Part shown: positions 50,870 through 62,848 of the stretch, one piece after another
How the letters are laid out: each line of letters starts with the position of its first letter
How positions within the stretch are numbered: the first letter of the stretch is position 1
From: Tricharina praecox
Taxonomy: Eukaryota
Assembly (NCBI RefSeq): GCF_024521635.1
Contig: NW_026250408.1
Coordinates: 930,001-994,000, forward strand
Direction of reading: 5' to 3'
Length of the DNA: 64,000 nucleotides
Notes under the pieces: generated by a model
The model's input: the letters and a program-made list of their open reading frames with translations, nothing else
What the model was told of the DNA's origin: nothing
Databases searched by the model: none
Position numbers and translations under genes: made by a program

Positions 50870-51677
50870 CGAGATGTCTGACAGAAACCCGCGTCATCAA
50901 CCACACAAAATTATGCTCCCTCCTTCTCAGATGATGATCCCCACCCACCGAACTTCAAATCTGGCGAAAAATAGACCACCGAAAGGCAAAATACCGGCGA
51001 TAACCCGAAAAACCGTCCGCGTCCACAAGCCCACATTTGGCTCCCTCGTCGCCTCTAGAAGAGCTAGATACCTTTGAGTTTCACCAAATGAACCCAAGAC
51101 ATCGTCCCACGCCGCCTGTAATACGATTCCGCCGATGATCCGATTGAACCTTTCAACATGTTGAGGCTCTGGGGTTACCGTGACCATGAACGACCAGTGA
51201 AGAAAAGTAAAGTTGTGGGGAAGGCTAGAGAGGCATTTGACGATGTTCCTAAGAAACTGGCAGTTCTGTTTCAGTGACTACAATCATCGTATGGGTGGGG
51301 TCCATATTGCCGACCAGATACGGAATTACCACGATACGCAACTTCCTTACGAACATCGTGGCCCGTGCGGTTTTGGGCATTTGACAATGATCACCAACGC
51401 GTATGTTATCTTCTCTGCCATCGACGAGACCCAGCGCTCTCCCCCAATGAGTTTCGGCTTCAGTAATTCTTATCACACCTGACCGAAAAACAGCTTCAAT
51501 ACCACAACCATCAACCACCGGATCGAAGCGACAGAACATGACAGTGTCGACTACCTACCTCGCGGAGAAGGTGCAAGCAAGAATTTACCGAAAACTGTTG
51601 GGCCTGTAGTCAATGTGATCTACCACTTTGTTTGAAGGAAGAGCGCAACTGCTTTAAGTTATTTTATGAGTCTTAGA
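50870..51677 (+). mobile_element. Degenerate, internally deleted piggyBac-like transposase relic
   Basis: DYNHRMGGVHIADQIRNYH resembles the piggyBac YNxxMGGVDxxDQ motif; LTMITNAYVIF; C-terminal Cys-rich WACSQCDLPLCLKEERNCFKLFY*; frameshifts and stops. The left boundary is approximate. Confidence 0.8.
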
Positions 51678-52029
51678 GTCTTTGTATGATGTTACTTGTC
51701 GAGGACTTGACGGATGGAGCGGGTTATTCTAGCCATGAGAGCGGGAACTGCTGGAATAAGTTGCTCACCACAAAGCTGTAACCAAATAGAAACACTCATT
51801 TGCATCTTCTCTAAATTTTATGGGGGTTCAACCTCTTTATTGTGGGTGTGTGCTAGGAGGTGGTACGGATTTCGCGAAGTGTGTTAAAACTTAGCACTAC
51901 AATATCCTGAATTACTGCGTGTCGGGCCGGAATATGGTACTGCTATGACAGAGATAATCTGATACGAAGAATTTTGACTATGTTTTGCAGGTGTACTATA
52001 CATCACGGAGAAACAGTATCGCCAAAGAA

Positions 52030-52330
52030 GCGCAACGTATCGTTGAAGGATATACGATGCGATACACATAGCAATAAGCGCAACCATATCACTATGCGTA
52101 TCGTTGAAGGATATACATGACATCATGCACATCCATACCACTATGCGTATCGGTGAAGGATACGCTTAGCAATACGCACAATCATATACATCAACCACAC
52201 CGCTACGCATGTATGATATCGTTGAAGGATACACATATCAATATGCACAACCATACCACTATACATATCGTTGAAGGATATACATAGCAATTAAGCACAA
52301 CCATACCGCTACGCATATCAACAACAACGT
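52030..52330. repeat. Degenerate ~55-65 bp tandem array with core TATCGTTGAAGGATA
   Basis: About five diverged units; AT-rich. Confidence 0.8.
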
Positions 52331-53449
52331 ATCCAGTACCATATCGATACGTACCATGTACTAAAGCCAGAGGCATTATTTAAGCCTTGTATAAGATCAG
52401 GAAATTATATAGGCCTTCCATAAGCCACTCATAAGCACGCCTAACTCATAGGCTTTCGTATCGATACGTACTGTTGTGGTATGTAGTCTAGAATTTGCAC
52501 CAGGGCTGGTTACGCATTGTACTGCTGTATCTGCCAGCGTTACTAACCATATGCCTTCTGACTGTATTGTTCGCTGCGTCACGGCAAGATCACGATGGCT
52601 CTATCACATTTCGCCAAATATTGTACTGCTGCTATATTCACCCGTAATAGACCCTTTTTTCATTCATTGATTGCATGCGACCTATCTAGATCATGGCAAC
52701 ATCATCTACCCGTGCGCCCCCCGTTCTCCGCCACTGTCCAACCCAACTTTCATCAGGTGGCCCGATGTGGCTTCCCCTGCCCTCCGCCCTGGCCTTTCCC
52801 GAAAGTATATTTCCACCGTTCGCTCCGCTCCGCACCCCCGCGCCCTCGGGTCGTCCCACCCCCACCGCTATTCTACGTCGCTTGGCTCCTCGGCTTCAGC
52901 TCCCTCCGCCTCCTCAGCTTCGGCACCCTCCTCCTCCTTCTCGAGTCGCCTCAGCTCCGCTCTCTCTCCCGCTCTCTCTTCCGCTCCCTGATGTCATAAT
53001 AGACCCGCCGGCGAGACCAGACAGCAGAACACATATCCGGATACACTTCGCTTGATCGAGTCCTTGACTCCTTCAAAACAGTGTTCCTTGAGACTTCACC
53101 ATCACCCTACAGTGACATGAGAGATCCTGATGTGCCCCCGACGCCGTAATCTAACAATTTCGTGGCTGTGTCGTGAATGTCTCGCTCATCTTGCCGTGGC
53201 CGTGTCGTGAATGTCGCTCAGCTTGCCGTGGATGCCGCTTGTTCGCTTGGTCGAACGTAGAAATGTACCTATGTTAAAGTGTTGGTGTCCTGATATAATA
53301 CTAATACCTGCTAGTGGGGAGACGACAGCCTTTTATACTTCAGAAATGCGGGGGCTGCGCAGCTGCTTGCACTTACTGTAGCACGCAACGACTCCAGCCT
53401 TAGGTCATGTACCTGAGCTACGCCATCCGCTCTACCAGCTCCATCATTT

Positions 53450-54015
53450 ATCGACTCGTTGATAAGCGGTCTACTCCAGCTCCATCACGTGCTAAGAACA
53501 GCCGATACGTCCTGCCTCACTCATTGCGAACTATAAGCGCAAGGTGAGGCACCGCTCCTTTGCCCAAGCACTTCAACCCAATATCTCTGCCTTCACTTCA
53601 TCTTGAGAACCTGTCTGTACTCGAGCTCTTCTACCTCAACCCACCGTGATGCCCTCATGCGAATAGCTTCTATGCTTTTCCTATGACAAGTCCCCCTCTA
53701 CAACCTTTACCACGTCTGTCATGTATAAGTGCGGCGCTCCGCGCCGCACTCATAGACCTTGACAAGCTATCTCACCGCACTTATAGACTCGTTGACAAAC
53801 CGCCTACTCGAGCTCCATCGTGTACCAGGAACAGCCGACACCACTGCCTTGCCCGAGTACTTTAACCCAATATCTCTGCCATCACTTATCTTGAGATACA
53901 GTTTATGCACTGTGATGCCCTGATACGAATAACTTCTATGCTTTGCCTATGACCAGTCACCCTTTGCCACCTCTACCATAAATGTCCGGCGCTCCGCGCC
54001 GGACTTTTAATCTTG
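53450..54015. repeat. Tandem ~250-330 bp diverged duplication, each unit ending in a GC hairpin followed by CTTG
   Basis: Shared blocks GACTCGTTGA, AACCCAATATCTCTGCC and GTGATGCCCT...CTTCTATGCTTT; hairpins at 53728-53750 and 53984-54004. Confidence 0.75.
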
Positions 54016-54076
54016 AGCGCTGACTACATGAGTAAAAAGACTTTGTGTGCATTAATTCTCTCCCTAACATCAAATG

Positions 54077-54148
54077 GCCTGGCTGGCGCAATGGTAGCGC
54101 GCAAGACTTCTAATCTTGAGGCTGTGGGTTCGAGTCCCACGTCGGGCT
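54077..54148 (+). tRNA. tRNA-Arg(UCU)
   Basis: Cloverleaf: acceptor GCCTGGC/GTCGGGC, D stem GCGC/GCGC, anticodon arm CAAGA-CTTCTAA-TCTTG, T arm GTGGG-TTCGAGT-CCCAC; an oligo-T Pol III terminator follows. Confidence 0.95.
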
Positions 54149-54334
54149 GTGTATCTTTTTTTTGGACTTTTTGAGTTGAAGGCTGGGTGACATCTCGTGA
54201 GCGAGTGCTAGTTCGTCAGGGTTGTGGGCTAGGGTGCTGGCTGGCGGGGTGTAGTGCGTGGAACGGTTAACACCTGTCTTAAGTAATCAGTCAGTGAGTC
54301 ATTGAGATTTTCTGCTGGGAACGAACCGTTACAT

Positions 54335-55530
54335 AAGATGAGAACTGTCCCCACCACTTCAGACAACCGTGCAGCCAAGCTGTTGCGAGGCAAGCCTCGC
54401 CCAGCCGACGACGGCTGGGCAGGGACGGCTGGTAGCCAGCCCCGTCGAGAAGGCTGTTGGATCCGAGAGGAAGAATATGTTATGCAGATGGTTGGAACTT
54501 GGGGATAGAAGCTCACGATACGCAAGGCACACCACAGCCAGCCAGGGCTGACCTGGGCTAGCAGCCAGCCAACCCGTCGACGAGGCAGTTGGATACAAAG
54601 GATACGGTAGATGGATGGACAGAAGCCCACAGTTCGCAAGGCCGGAATATCTCTCTTCATACGAGAGCACTCCTCAGGTGAGAATTATCCTCGCTGATTC
54701 CAACTACCGTACAGCCAAGCAGTTGCGAGGCAAGCCTCGTCCAGCCATCAACGGCTAGGCGGAGCTGGCTGGCTGCCAGCCAGCCAGCCACCCCCGTCGA
54801 CGAGACTGTTGGATCAGAGAGCAAGGACACGGTAGATGGTTGGGGACGGAAGTTCACAGTTCGCAAGGTTGGAACGAAATGTGGCATACTTCAGAAGAGA
54901 ACCATCCCCGTCAATTCCGACCACCGTACTACCACCGCGCAGCCAAGCTGTTGCGAGGCAAGCCTCGCCCAGCTATCAACGGCTGGGCGGAGCTGGCTGG
55001 TTGGCAGGTAGTCAGCCAACCCACTGACGAGGCTTTTCCATCCGAGAGGACGAATATGGTAGATGGTTGGGGATGGAAGTCCATAATTCGCAAGGCTAGG
55101 AGCCAGCCAACCCACCGAAGAGGCTGGTGGATCTAAGAGGAAGGATATGGCAAATGGCTGGGGATAACAGTTCAGTTGCTCGCAAGGCCGGAATTACGAG
55201 AGAGCTCCTCAGATGACAACTATCCCCGCCAATTCCTACCACCGTACAGCCAAACTGTTGCGAGGCAAGCCTCACCCAGCCGCCAGCCCACCCGATCTGC
55301 GGGTCTATTGGATCCAAGAAGAAGGATATGGTAGATGGTTGGGGATAGAAGTTCGGTTGCTCTCATATACGAGTGCGCTCCTCCGATGAGAATTGTACCC
55401 GCCAATTCCGACCACTGTATAGTCAAGCGGTTGCGAGGCAAGCCGGGGCTAGGAGACAGCCAACCCACCGAAGAAGCTGTTGGATACAAGAGGAAGGATT
55501 CGGCAGATGGTTGGGGATGAAGTTCACTGT
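54335..55530. repeat. Degenerate ~170-340 bp tandem array, five units, each with a GCGAGGC-AA-GCCTCGC hairpin or a decayed version of it
   Basis: Core CAGCCAAGCTGTTGCGAGGCAAGCCTC at ~54372, 54712, 54940, 55247 and 55420; downstream block GGATCCGAGAGGAAG...AGATGGTTGGGGA. Confidence 0.85.
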
Positions 55531-56053
55531 TGCATTGATCGCGAGTGTGTCTGTACTCGCTTATGCTGGTGCTTTATGCCTGGCTGGCCAAACTTCTCCC
55601 CTCAGTCGCTGCAGGATGGCTCGCTTCCACATGATCCCTCACATTCACACCCTTTTCTTCCGCAGCGGGCTCTCATCGGCGCTCTTCAAGCGCCGAGACC
55701 CCGCCGTCGCTGACGCCGGCGAGGCGAGGCGTCGCTGGGATGGGGCAGCGCAGAAGCAGTCTGGAGGTCAGAGAGATTATCTACATAACAATCAATACGA
55801 TCAAAAGAAGGGGAGAACGACAGAAGCGACTTTGAGCAAGGTTTCATACGTGGATCCGGCACCTTCGCATCTCGATCACTCGGTCACTCGGTTTCTGGCG
55901 GGTCGGCGGTGTCTGTAATCTGTAATCTGTGACATCCTACGGCGGAACTGGCTGGAATGGTCAGATTCAATGTGGTCGCCATGGTCTAGCATGTAAGGCC
56001 GTATGCGACAGTAAAGTATTTTATCTCTCTCGCTCTCGTCTGGGACGGACGTA

Positions 56054-57778
56054 CAGAGCCACGTACTAAAGTCAGAGGCGTTATGTAAGCCTTATATAAG
56101 ATGAGGAAATTATATAGGCCTTCTATAAGCCACTCATAAGCACGGCCGACTCATAAGGCTTCCATAAGGTTTAAGCACTGCCACGCAGTGTATAGGTAAC
56201 AGCGTTTCTGGCAATCTCGGGATCCCGGATTCCCTGAGTCAGCGGGGCCGATGTCCGAAGACCGAGAGTATCCAGCCCACATAGAGCTATGCAATAAAGT
56301 CACCGGCATTATAGCAGCCTTGTATGAGGGCGATTTTGACAGACCCCCTGATGAGAAATTTTTACTATTAGTATTTTTTTCCCGTAAAACTTAGCTTAAT
56401 CCGGGTTTTCAAATTACAGGTCATATTGTCGGATAAGGCTTCCACAAGCCTGAGTGCGGTAAGAATTAGTCCCGATTCATAAGCCTTCTGTAATGCCTAC
56501 TAGCCGCGACGCTTATGAGCTCATAAGGGTTTCATAAGGATGCTATAGGGAATGTTGAAAAATAAGGGTTAGTAAGGCTTATACTACTCTCGTAAGGCTT
56601 ATTGAAATCCTGAATACTTATCACTTATCGATGCGGTTCCGTACCCTTATATACCTAAACTACTTTCCGTCTCCGCTCCCCCCTTCCCATACCCTCCGCC
56701 GCTACTCACTATGCAGCTCACCCTAACGCTGTACACATAGATCTACAGATGCTGTACCATCCATTCCACCATCCTCTAGCTGAGTCCAGCGGAGATTTCT
56801 TCTTCCGTGGGCGAGAGAAAGTGATGGGGGAGCTGTCTGCGGAAGAAGGAGTTGTCAGCGAGATAAGAAAGTAACAGGTGACTATCAGCAAGATGAGGAA
56901 GTGACGGGGGGCTGTCAGCGAGAGAAGGGGTCGTCTGTAAAAGTGGTTGGTGGCATTGATGTTTGAACTTGGAAAGTTTGTAGTGTAGTGTGGGGGGTTG
57001 TGGGGTTCGACGGCATAAGAAAGTTCGGAGTAAACTCAGTGGGCTGGGCACGACATCTCTGTTGCAGAGCGGTGGGAGAGCTGCCAGCGGAAGGGGGGCA
57101 GAACCAGCGGTGGGGGTCCAGCGGTGCCGCGTGCTCTCTTAGCCGTCTGCGTCTGATTCTTCGGCGTCCAACTCTCGGGGTGCCAGTGCTAGAAGAATAT
57201 AAGGCCGATATAAGAATTTCCGTGTCGAGCAGTCTGATTTTCGCATATGCGCTATGGATCCGTAAAGACGATAGAACCCATAGGCCTGAATAAGGCTGAT
57301 GGAACGCATATATCATGCTTGTGAAAGAACAGGGCTCATAGAACGCATATATCATGCTTGTGAAAGAACAGGGCTCATAGAATGCATATATCATGCTCGT
57401 GAAGAAATCAAGCGTGCGAAGCTCTAAGGGTTTTCTGTCTCAGGCTGATATATCCCATAATGCTTCGCAAAATCTGCCAGTTTCACAGTCATCATTGTAC
57501 GCTAGGGCTGTGCATGTCAAAAATGACTACATACGCCTGAGGAAGGTCCTAAGAATTACAGTGAGAAGGCCGATTTATGTGCTGGTGGTTTTCGCTGCAT
57601 AGGCATTATGTAGGAGCTACGAGAATTATAGGGTTATGAGAACATATGCCTTATTTTGACATAACTCTTACGGAAACCTTATGAGTTTCACGTGCTTATG
57701 AGTGGCTTATAGAAGGCCTGAACAATTTCCTCATCGTATAAGGCCTATATAAGGCTTCTGACTTTAGTACGTCGCTCT
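56054..57778. mobile_element. Non-autonomous TIR DNA transposon (~1.7 kb, ~110-bp imperfect TIRs); solo TIR copy at 52358-52460
   Basis: Left end CAGAGCCACGTACTAAAGTCAGA...ATAAGCCACTCATAAGCACG; right end CGTGCTTATGAGTGGCTTAT...TCTGACTTTAGTACGTCGCTCT. No transposase ORF inside; internal 39-bp tandem repeat at 57302-57405. Confidence 0.8.
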
Positions 57779-57819
57779 ACATGGTAAGTATACGTTGTAG
57801 CAGCAGCTACAATCAGGAA

Positions 57820-58855
57820 AAATCCTTTCACATCACACTTTTTGAGTCCGGCTTCGTGTACATCACCGTACCGTCTGCTTGGTTACGTATCAATTATCAC
57901 TCGCATAATCAATCCGAGCAACTGTCAAGAAAAGTGGTATTCTGAAGTAGTGTACAGTGTATCAGACACGACAGAAGAAATGCATATATAGAGGAAGGGG
58001 CGGGTGTGCCTCAGATAGAGGCCGCTCGCCGCCGCTCGCCACCTCTGTGAGAACGGATAACGGAAATCCGAGTGATCTCGTATGATGCACTACACACACA
58101 GAAGTTCGTGATATTATGACAGCAACTATTGTAATATCTCACTCGTTGCTTCGTCGCTTACACAGTCATAACGGCGGGAAGCACTGGCCGCCTACCACTT
58201 CTCTTTTATGACTTCTCTCGAGGCCTTCAGACTCACTTACTACAATACTTGTTCATGCTTTTTAACAGACGTTGTCTGTAATCTGTAGCCTGTGCCGGAC
58301 GTAGGCACTGCTACACTGTGTATAGCGTTTGCGGTAATCTGGGCATCTAGGATTCCCGGAGTCAGTGGGGGCCAATCTAGAAGGCCCAAGGTATCCAACT
58401 ACACAACATCTCCGATGAGACGGTGTCGGAAGCGGTGCCGTCTACTCAGTCAGTCAAGCATATACTATCACTCGGAAAATCGATCCGAGCATGTGTTGAA
58501 ACAATAGAGTAAGACGCAATCGTGAACCAGTGTATTATTGAAGTGTAAGGTCTCGTGAGAGTAGTAGATATGAGAATAGGGGCAAAGGCCCGTGCCTTCT
58601 ACCATGGCTATGCTAAACAGATATTGCAACAGTATGTAACTCCGGTTTGACATTCAGTCATCGGTCATGTCGGTACGGTTGATCCTCTTCGCTGCACGTG
58701 ATTCCTCTCATGTATCACGGGTAGGTACTTGTGTAGCGGTAGCTAGCAGGACAATCTTTTCACATCATTCTTTGAGTCCGGCTCCGTCGTACATCACCGT
58801 GCCGTCTACTTGATTACGCATAGAATATCACTCGACAAATCGATCCGAGCAACTC
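57820..58855. repeat. Dispersed ~100-bp direct repeats (57820-57925 and 58750-58855; partial copy ~58435-58490)
   Basis: Shared TTTGAGTCCGGCT...TACATCACCGT.CCGTCT...TATCACTCG...ATCCGAGCAACT. Confidence 0.75.
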
Positions 58856-60038
58856 CGGTTTTATATTCGGCTATCGGTCGAGTAGAGTTTGTCGGTGGAT
58901 GGTTACTCCCATCGATACACGTGATTCCTCTCCACGTATCACGGGCGGCATCGGATGCGAAGGATCTACGTAAGCCTGGGACTCACGCGGATGATGCACT
59001 GCAGGGATAGTACCAGCCCCCCACCCACGGTCGAAAGTGTGGGGAAACGTAGGGCGTCATTCCCCCCGGTGACGCGCACAATTCGATGGTGATGGTGAGG
59101 TCAAGGGCGGGCGTTGTCTCCGACCCCGGAGTTCCCGCGTACGGGGGTCGAGACACGGCATGCATGCGCTGTGGGTTGGTGCATGACCATCAGGGCACGG
59201 GGTTTGCTCGAGAATATTAGATATCAGATATCTCGTTTGGCCGAGAGTGGTCGTATCGAGTCTACTATGTATCGCCGAGGGTATGCCCAGACTACCTATA
59301 AGCACGTGCGCGAAAGACTTCCCCGCAATGGCGAGTTGCTTCATGGAGATCACTCGGCCATGTACCAATATATCTTACGAGTATGTGTGAAACGTTACCG
59401 ATGCTCGATTCGATGGCCATCTGATCTCGATGGAATTATCCGACTGGCCGTCGAGGACTGGGGGAGTCGAGAGTACTTTACCAGCGGCCCGGAGAGCGAG
59501 AGGGCGCGGGACAGATAAGACTGCATGGAGTGGATATTCGGCACCCCGCCTTCTGCCTTGTGTCACATCTCCCGCCATAACAAAGCAGCCCAGGGCTGTC
59601 GGTCAGCCGATGCTGAATTCTTCTGCCCGCCGTACGCGTGGGCAGTTTTCTTGAATGACCGAGGGCGTTGCTATCATTGCGTGCCTGGAGACGGCCATCA
59701 AAGCCGGACCGCGTCGGCTGTCACTGAGAGGATACCAGTGCCGCCGGATGATTGGATACCTACGCGTCGTAGGTGCCGTACCCTAAATGTTGGCGGCTGG
59801 GTGTTGCGTCGGATCATGGCTGATGGTCGTTTGACGTGCTAGATTTGGAGTTGTAAGGTTCAGCTAGCGTGGCCACCGTTTCGCGGCTCTTGTCACAACC
59901 TCGTTCTTTTTCACCTCACCTCCACCACCTTGCCTCCTCCTTCCTCCTCCCCTCTCGACCCACCACCAACCACAATCACAACACGACTAGAGTTTGTGCC
60001 TCATGAGTTCCATTCCCGCCCAGCCTTCGGACTCGACG

Positions 60039-62060
60039 ATGTCTGCCTCCACTCCTCCAACCGACTCCGTCGACACCGTTCCCTCCACCTCTCCCAACAC
60101 CGCTACAACCACCACCACCACCACTACCACCACCTCCAACCCCACCACATCTACTTCCAGAACCACCATAATTCCCGCCCTCCCCCACCACCCCCACCAC
60201 AGCCGTACCAACAGTGCTGCGCGACGGAGCATATCCGCCGCTCAAGGTCAAAATCAGCTTCCCGCAACAACGAACGGAAATCCCGCTAGCAACGCTATGC
60301 CGACCCCGGTCCCCGCAAAACAGTCTCACGTGCAGCCCCCAGGCATTCCCGTGGGGCCAGGTGTGCCGCCTTTCGAGGGCTCTCGGAGTCCACCAGGCAG
60401 CAAGAGTGAGTCGCATTGCAGATTCCCAGGTGGCGGCGTCTAACGGTTCGCAAACAGACTTGAACCACGTTCCGTGCAAATTCTTCCGTCAAGGTGCCTG
60501 CCAGGCGGGCAAGGCTTGTCCGTTCTCCCACAGCACCGATCCAACCACCGAGTCGGCGCCGTGCAAGTACTTTTCCAAGGTTGGTGACAGGATTTTCACA
60601 ATGTGCGACTCCGGGGAAGAGCTTGATTGACACGATCGCGACAGGGCAACTGCAAGTTTGGTGCCAAATGTGCTCTTGCGCACATCCTCCCCGATGGCCG
60701 CAGGGTCAACCGTCCTTCCATGCATGGCAACAACGGCGGTCATAACGGACACAACCACAACGGCCACCTCCACTTTGGCCGTATGGACCCCGCTTACACC
60801 AGCCACCGGTCGGCTCTCCACAACTCGCTCATGCAGGCGAACAATGTCGGCCACCACACACCGACCCATTCGCTCGGTGGCGCGGAAGATTTCCCGGCCC
60901 TCCCAGGTCAGGCGATCCCGCAATCCGACCAGCAGCAGCAGCACCACCAGCAGACTGCGCCGACAGCCATCCCCGACACTCAATTCGGATCCCCGCGGGA
61001 CGGATTGGCCATGTCCCCGCTTGCATCGTCGCAGAGGACTTTGGGACCACTCGACGCTACGCTCCCTGCTTCAATCGACAGGTACGACTACAGCTACTAC
61101 GCCAAGCATGGTCCGTTCGCGTCGTCGGTTCCAAACACGTTCGGAGTCGAGTCTCCTCCCCCTTCGCTACCAAACAGCGTCAGAGGCGAAGCCACTATCA
61201 GCGCTCTACGGAGATCGGCGTTTGGCGAAGACGACAGTGGAGAGCTTTCAAGGTCCGCTCAGCTCCGGGAAGGATCCCTCGGAGAGAGGATTCTGCATTC
61301 ATCGGCCGCAAGACGCAATAAGGTGTACTCTTCGAGCTACGGGGGACCGCAGACCATCTTCAACGGATTCCACGGAATGGGAACCGCGAAGGACAACGGA
61401 GCGATCGATTCCTCCGAAGGAGCCTTCACCTTCGAGGAGGACTTCTTGCCCGAGAGCTTGACTGACTTGCTCACTCCGGCGGAACGCAACCGCAGAATGT
61501 CGAGGACCGACGAGGAGGGCGCGGGTGGACGCAGCTTCACCGCTCCGGGAACCCCCGGTGACACGTTTGGATCTCCGATCGGCTCCCCAGGCAGCTGGGG
61601 CCCTCTGATCAACCGCCACAAACGCGATGAGGACCACTCTCAGATCTCCGGCTTGGGACACGTCGGCTCGCCCTTGAGGCATACCTACCTCCACTCGGAT
61701 GCTAACCCGATCGTGCGTCGTACTGTTAGCGACGGTATCTTCGCTGGTTCTCCCGGACGTGGCATGAGCGGAGGTATCTCTGCCCTCACTCAGAGCTTGA
61801 AGTTCGGCAGCTTCACGGAATCCGATACGATCGTTTCTCCCAAGAATATTGCGATCAGCGGACGTCCGATCGAGCGCACCACCTCTTCTCCCCGCCTCGG
61901 CAACAGCAAGGTCCACCCGATCGATGAGGAGCCCGAGACCCAGTTCAACCTGGAAGTCGAGGAAGACGGCCCCACAAAGCACATGGGAGGCTTCTCCAGT
62001 CTGGGAGGCATCACCGCTGATCGCTCCGGGCTGGGTCTGGGCAAGATCTCTTTCGGATAA
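60039..62060 (+). CDS. Tandem CCCH zinc-finger protein (Cps3/Scp3/Lee1-like)
   Basis: HVPCKFFRQGACQAGKACPFSH and APCKYFSKGNCKFGAKCALAH, joined across an intron; EEDFLPESLTDLLTPAER motif. Confidence 0.88.
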
Positions 62061-62848
62061 ATTGTTACGGGTCGGATTGCATCATAGAGGGTGGCATAGA
62101 GTGCCTTGCTTTCTTTTTTTCCATGCTACAGCATTTACTGTTTGGTCTTGTCATTTTATACCACGCGGGCGATTTTATGCATTTCGAATCGGAGGTGGAG
62201 AGGAGGATGACTGCTCTGTACAGGGAGGATCTAACTTTTACTTTACTTTCTACTATACCCACGCACACAAAAGGGGATACCTACTGGAGCACAACGCGGG
62301 ATTCTTTTCATTTCGTTTTTCACAGATTCTAAAAGCTTAAAAGTGTGGGTTGGCCTGGTGCGGCAGGGGTGGGTGGGGCGGAGTTGTCTGCTTTTCTTTT
62401 CATTTTACTTTCAATACTTCTACATGTGGGGGAATTTTGGCCTTCCTCTCTCTCTCTTTCACTCAAACGCTAAATCCTACCCGTATCCGTGTATGTGGTT
62501 ATCCCTTCTTTTGGCTTTGGTTTTTCTCTGTTCACGTTTTTGGTTTGTCTGTATGGTAATTCTGTTTGATGTGGGGTTTGAATTTGGCATCGGACTTGGG
62601 AATGAAGAATCCGTGATATGAGTGATATCTGGTGAATCTGGGATTGCACCGCAGAGGGCGGTGGGATCGGAGATATCCGAGAGATTGCGGATCCTTGCAC
62701 GTCATCTCAGCGATGGCGATGTTTTACGTCATTCACAGACATGGACGACATTGGGCACATGCACTCGTGTATTACGATATTCTATTCTGTACAGTTATTA
62801 GGTACTCTATGTGCTCTCATGAGCAATTACGGCTATAGTACACTGTCA

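Noticed and set aside
53996..54022. GGACTTTTAATCTTGAG resembles the anticodon arm of the neighbouring tRNA (possible tRNA-Lys relic)
   Set aside because: No T-arm/B-box or acceptor stem can be built, and the match is too short to call.
59114..59842. ORFs of 105-134 aa upstream of the CCCH gene
   Set aside because: No recognisable motifs or convincing splice structure.
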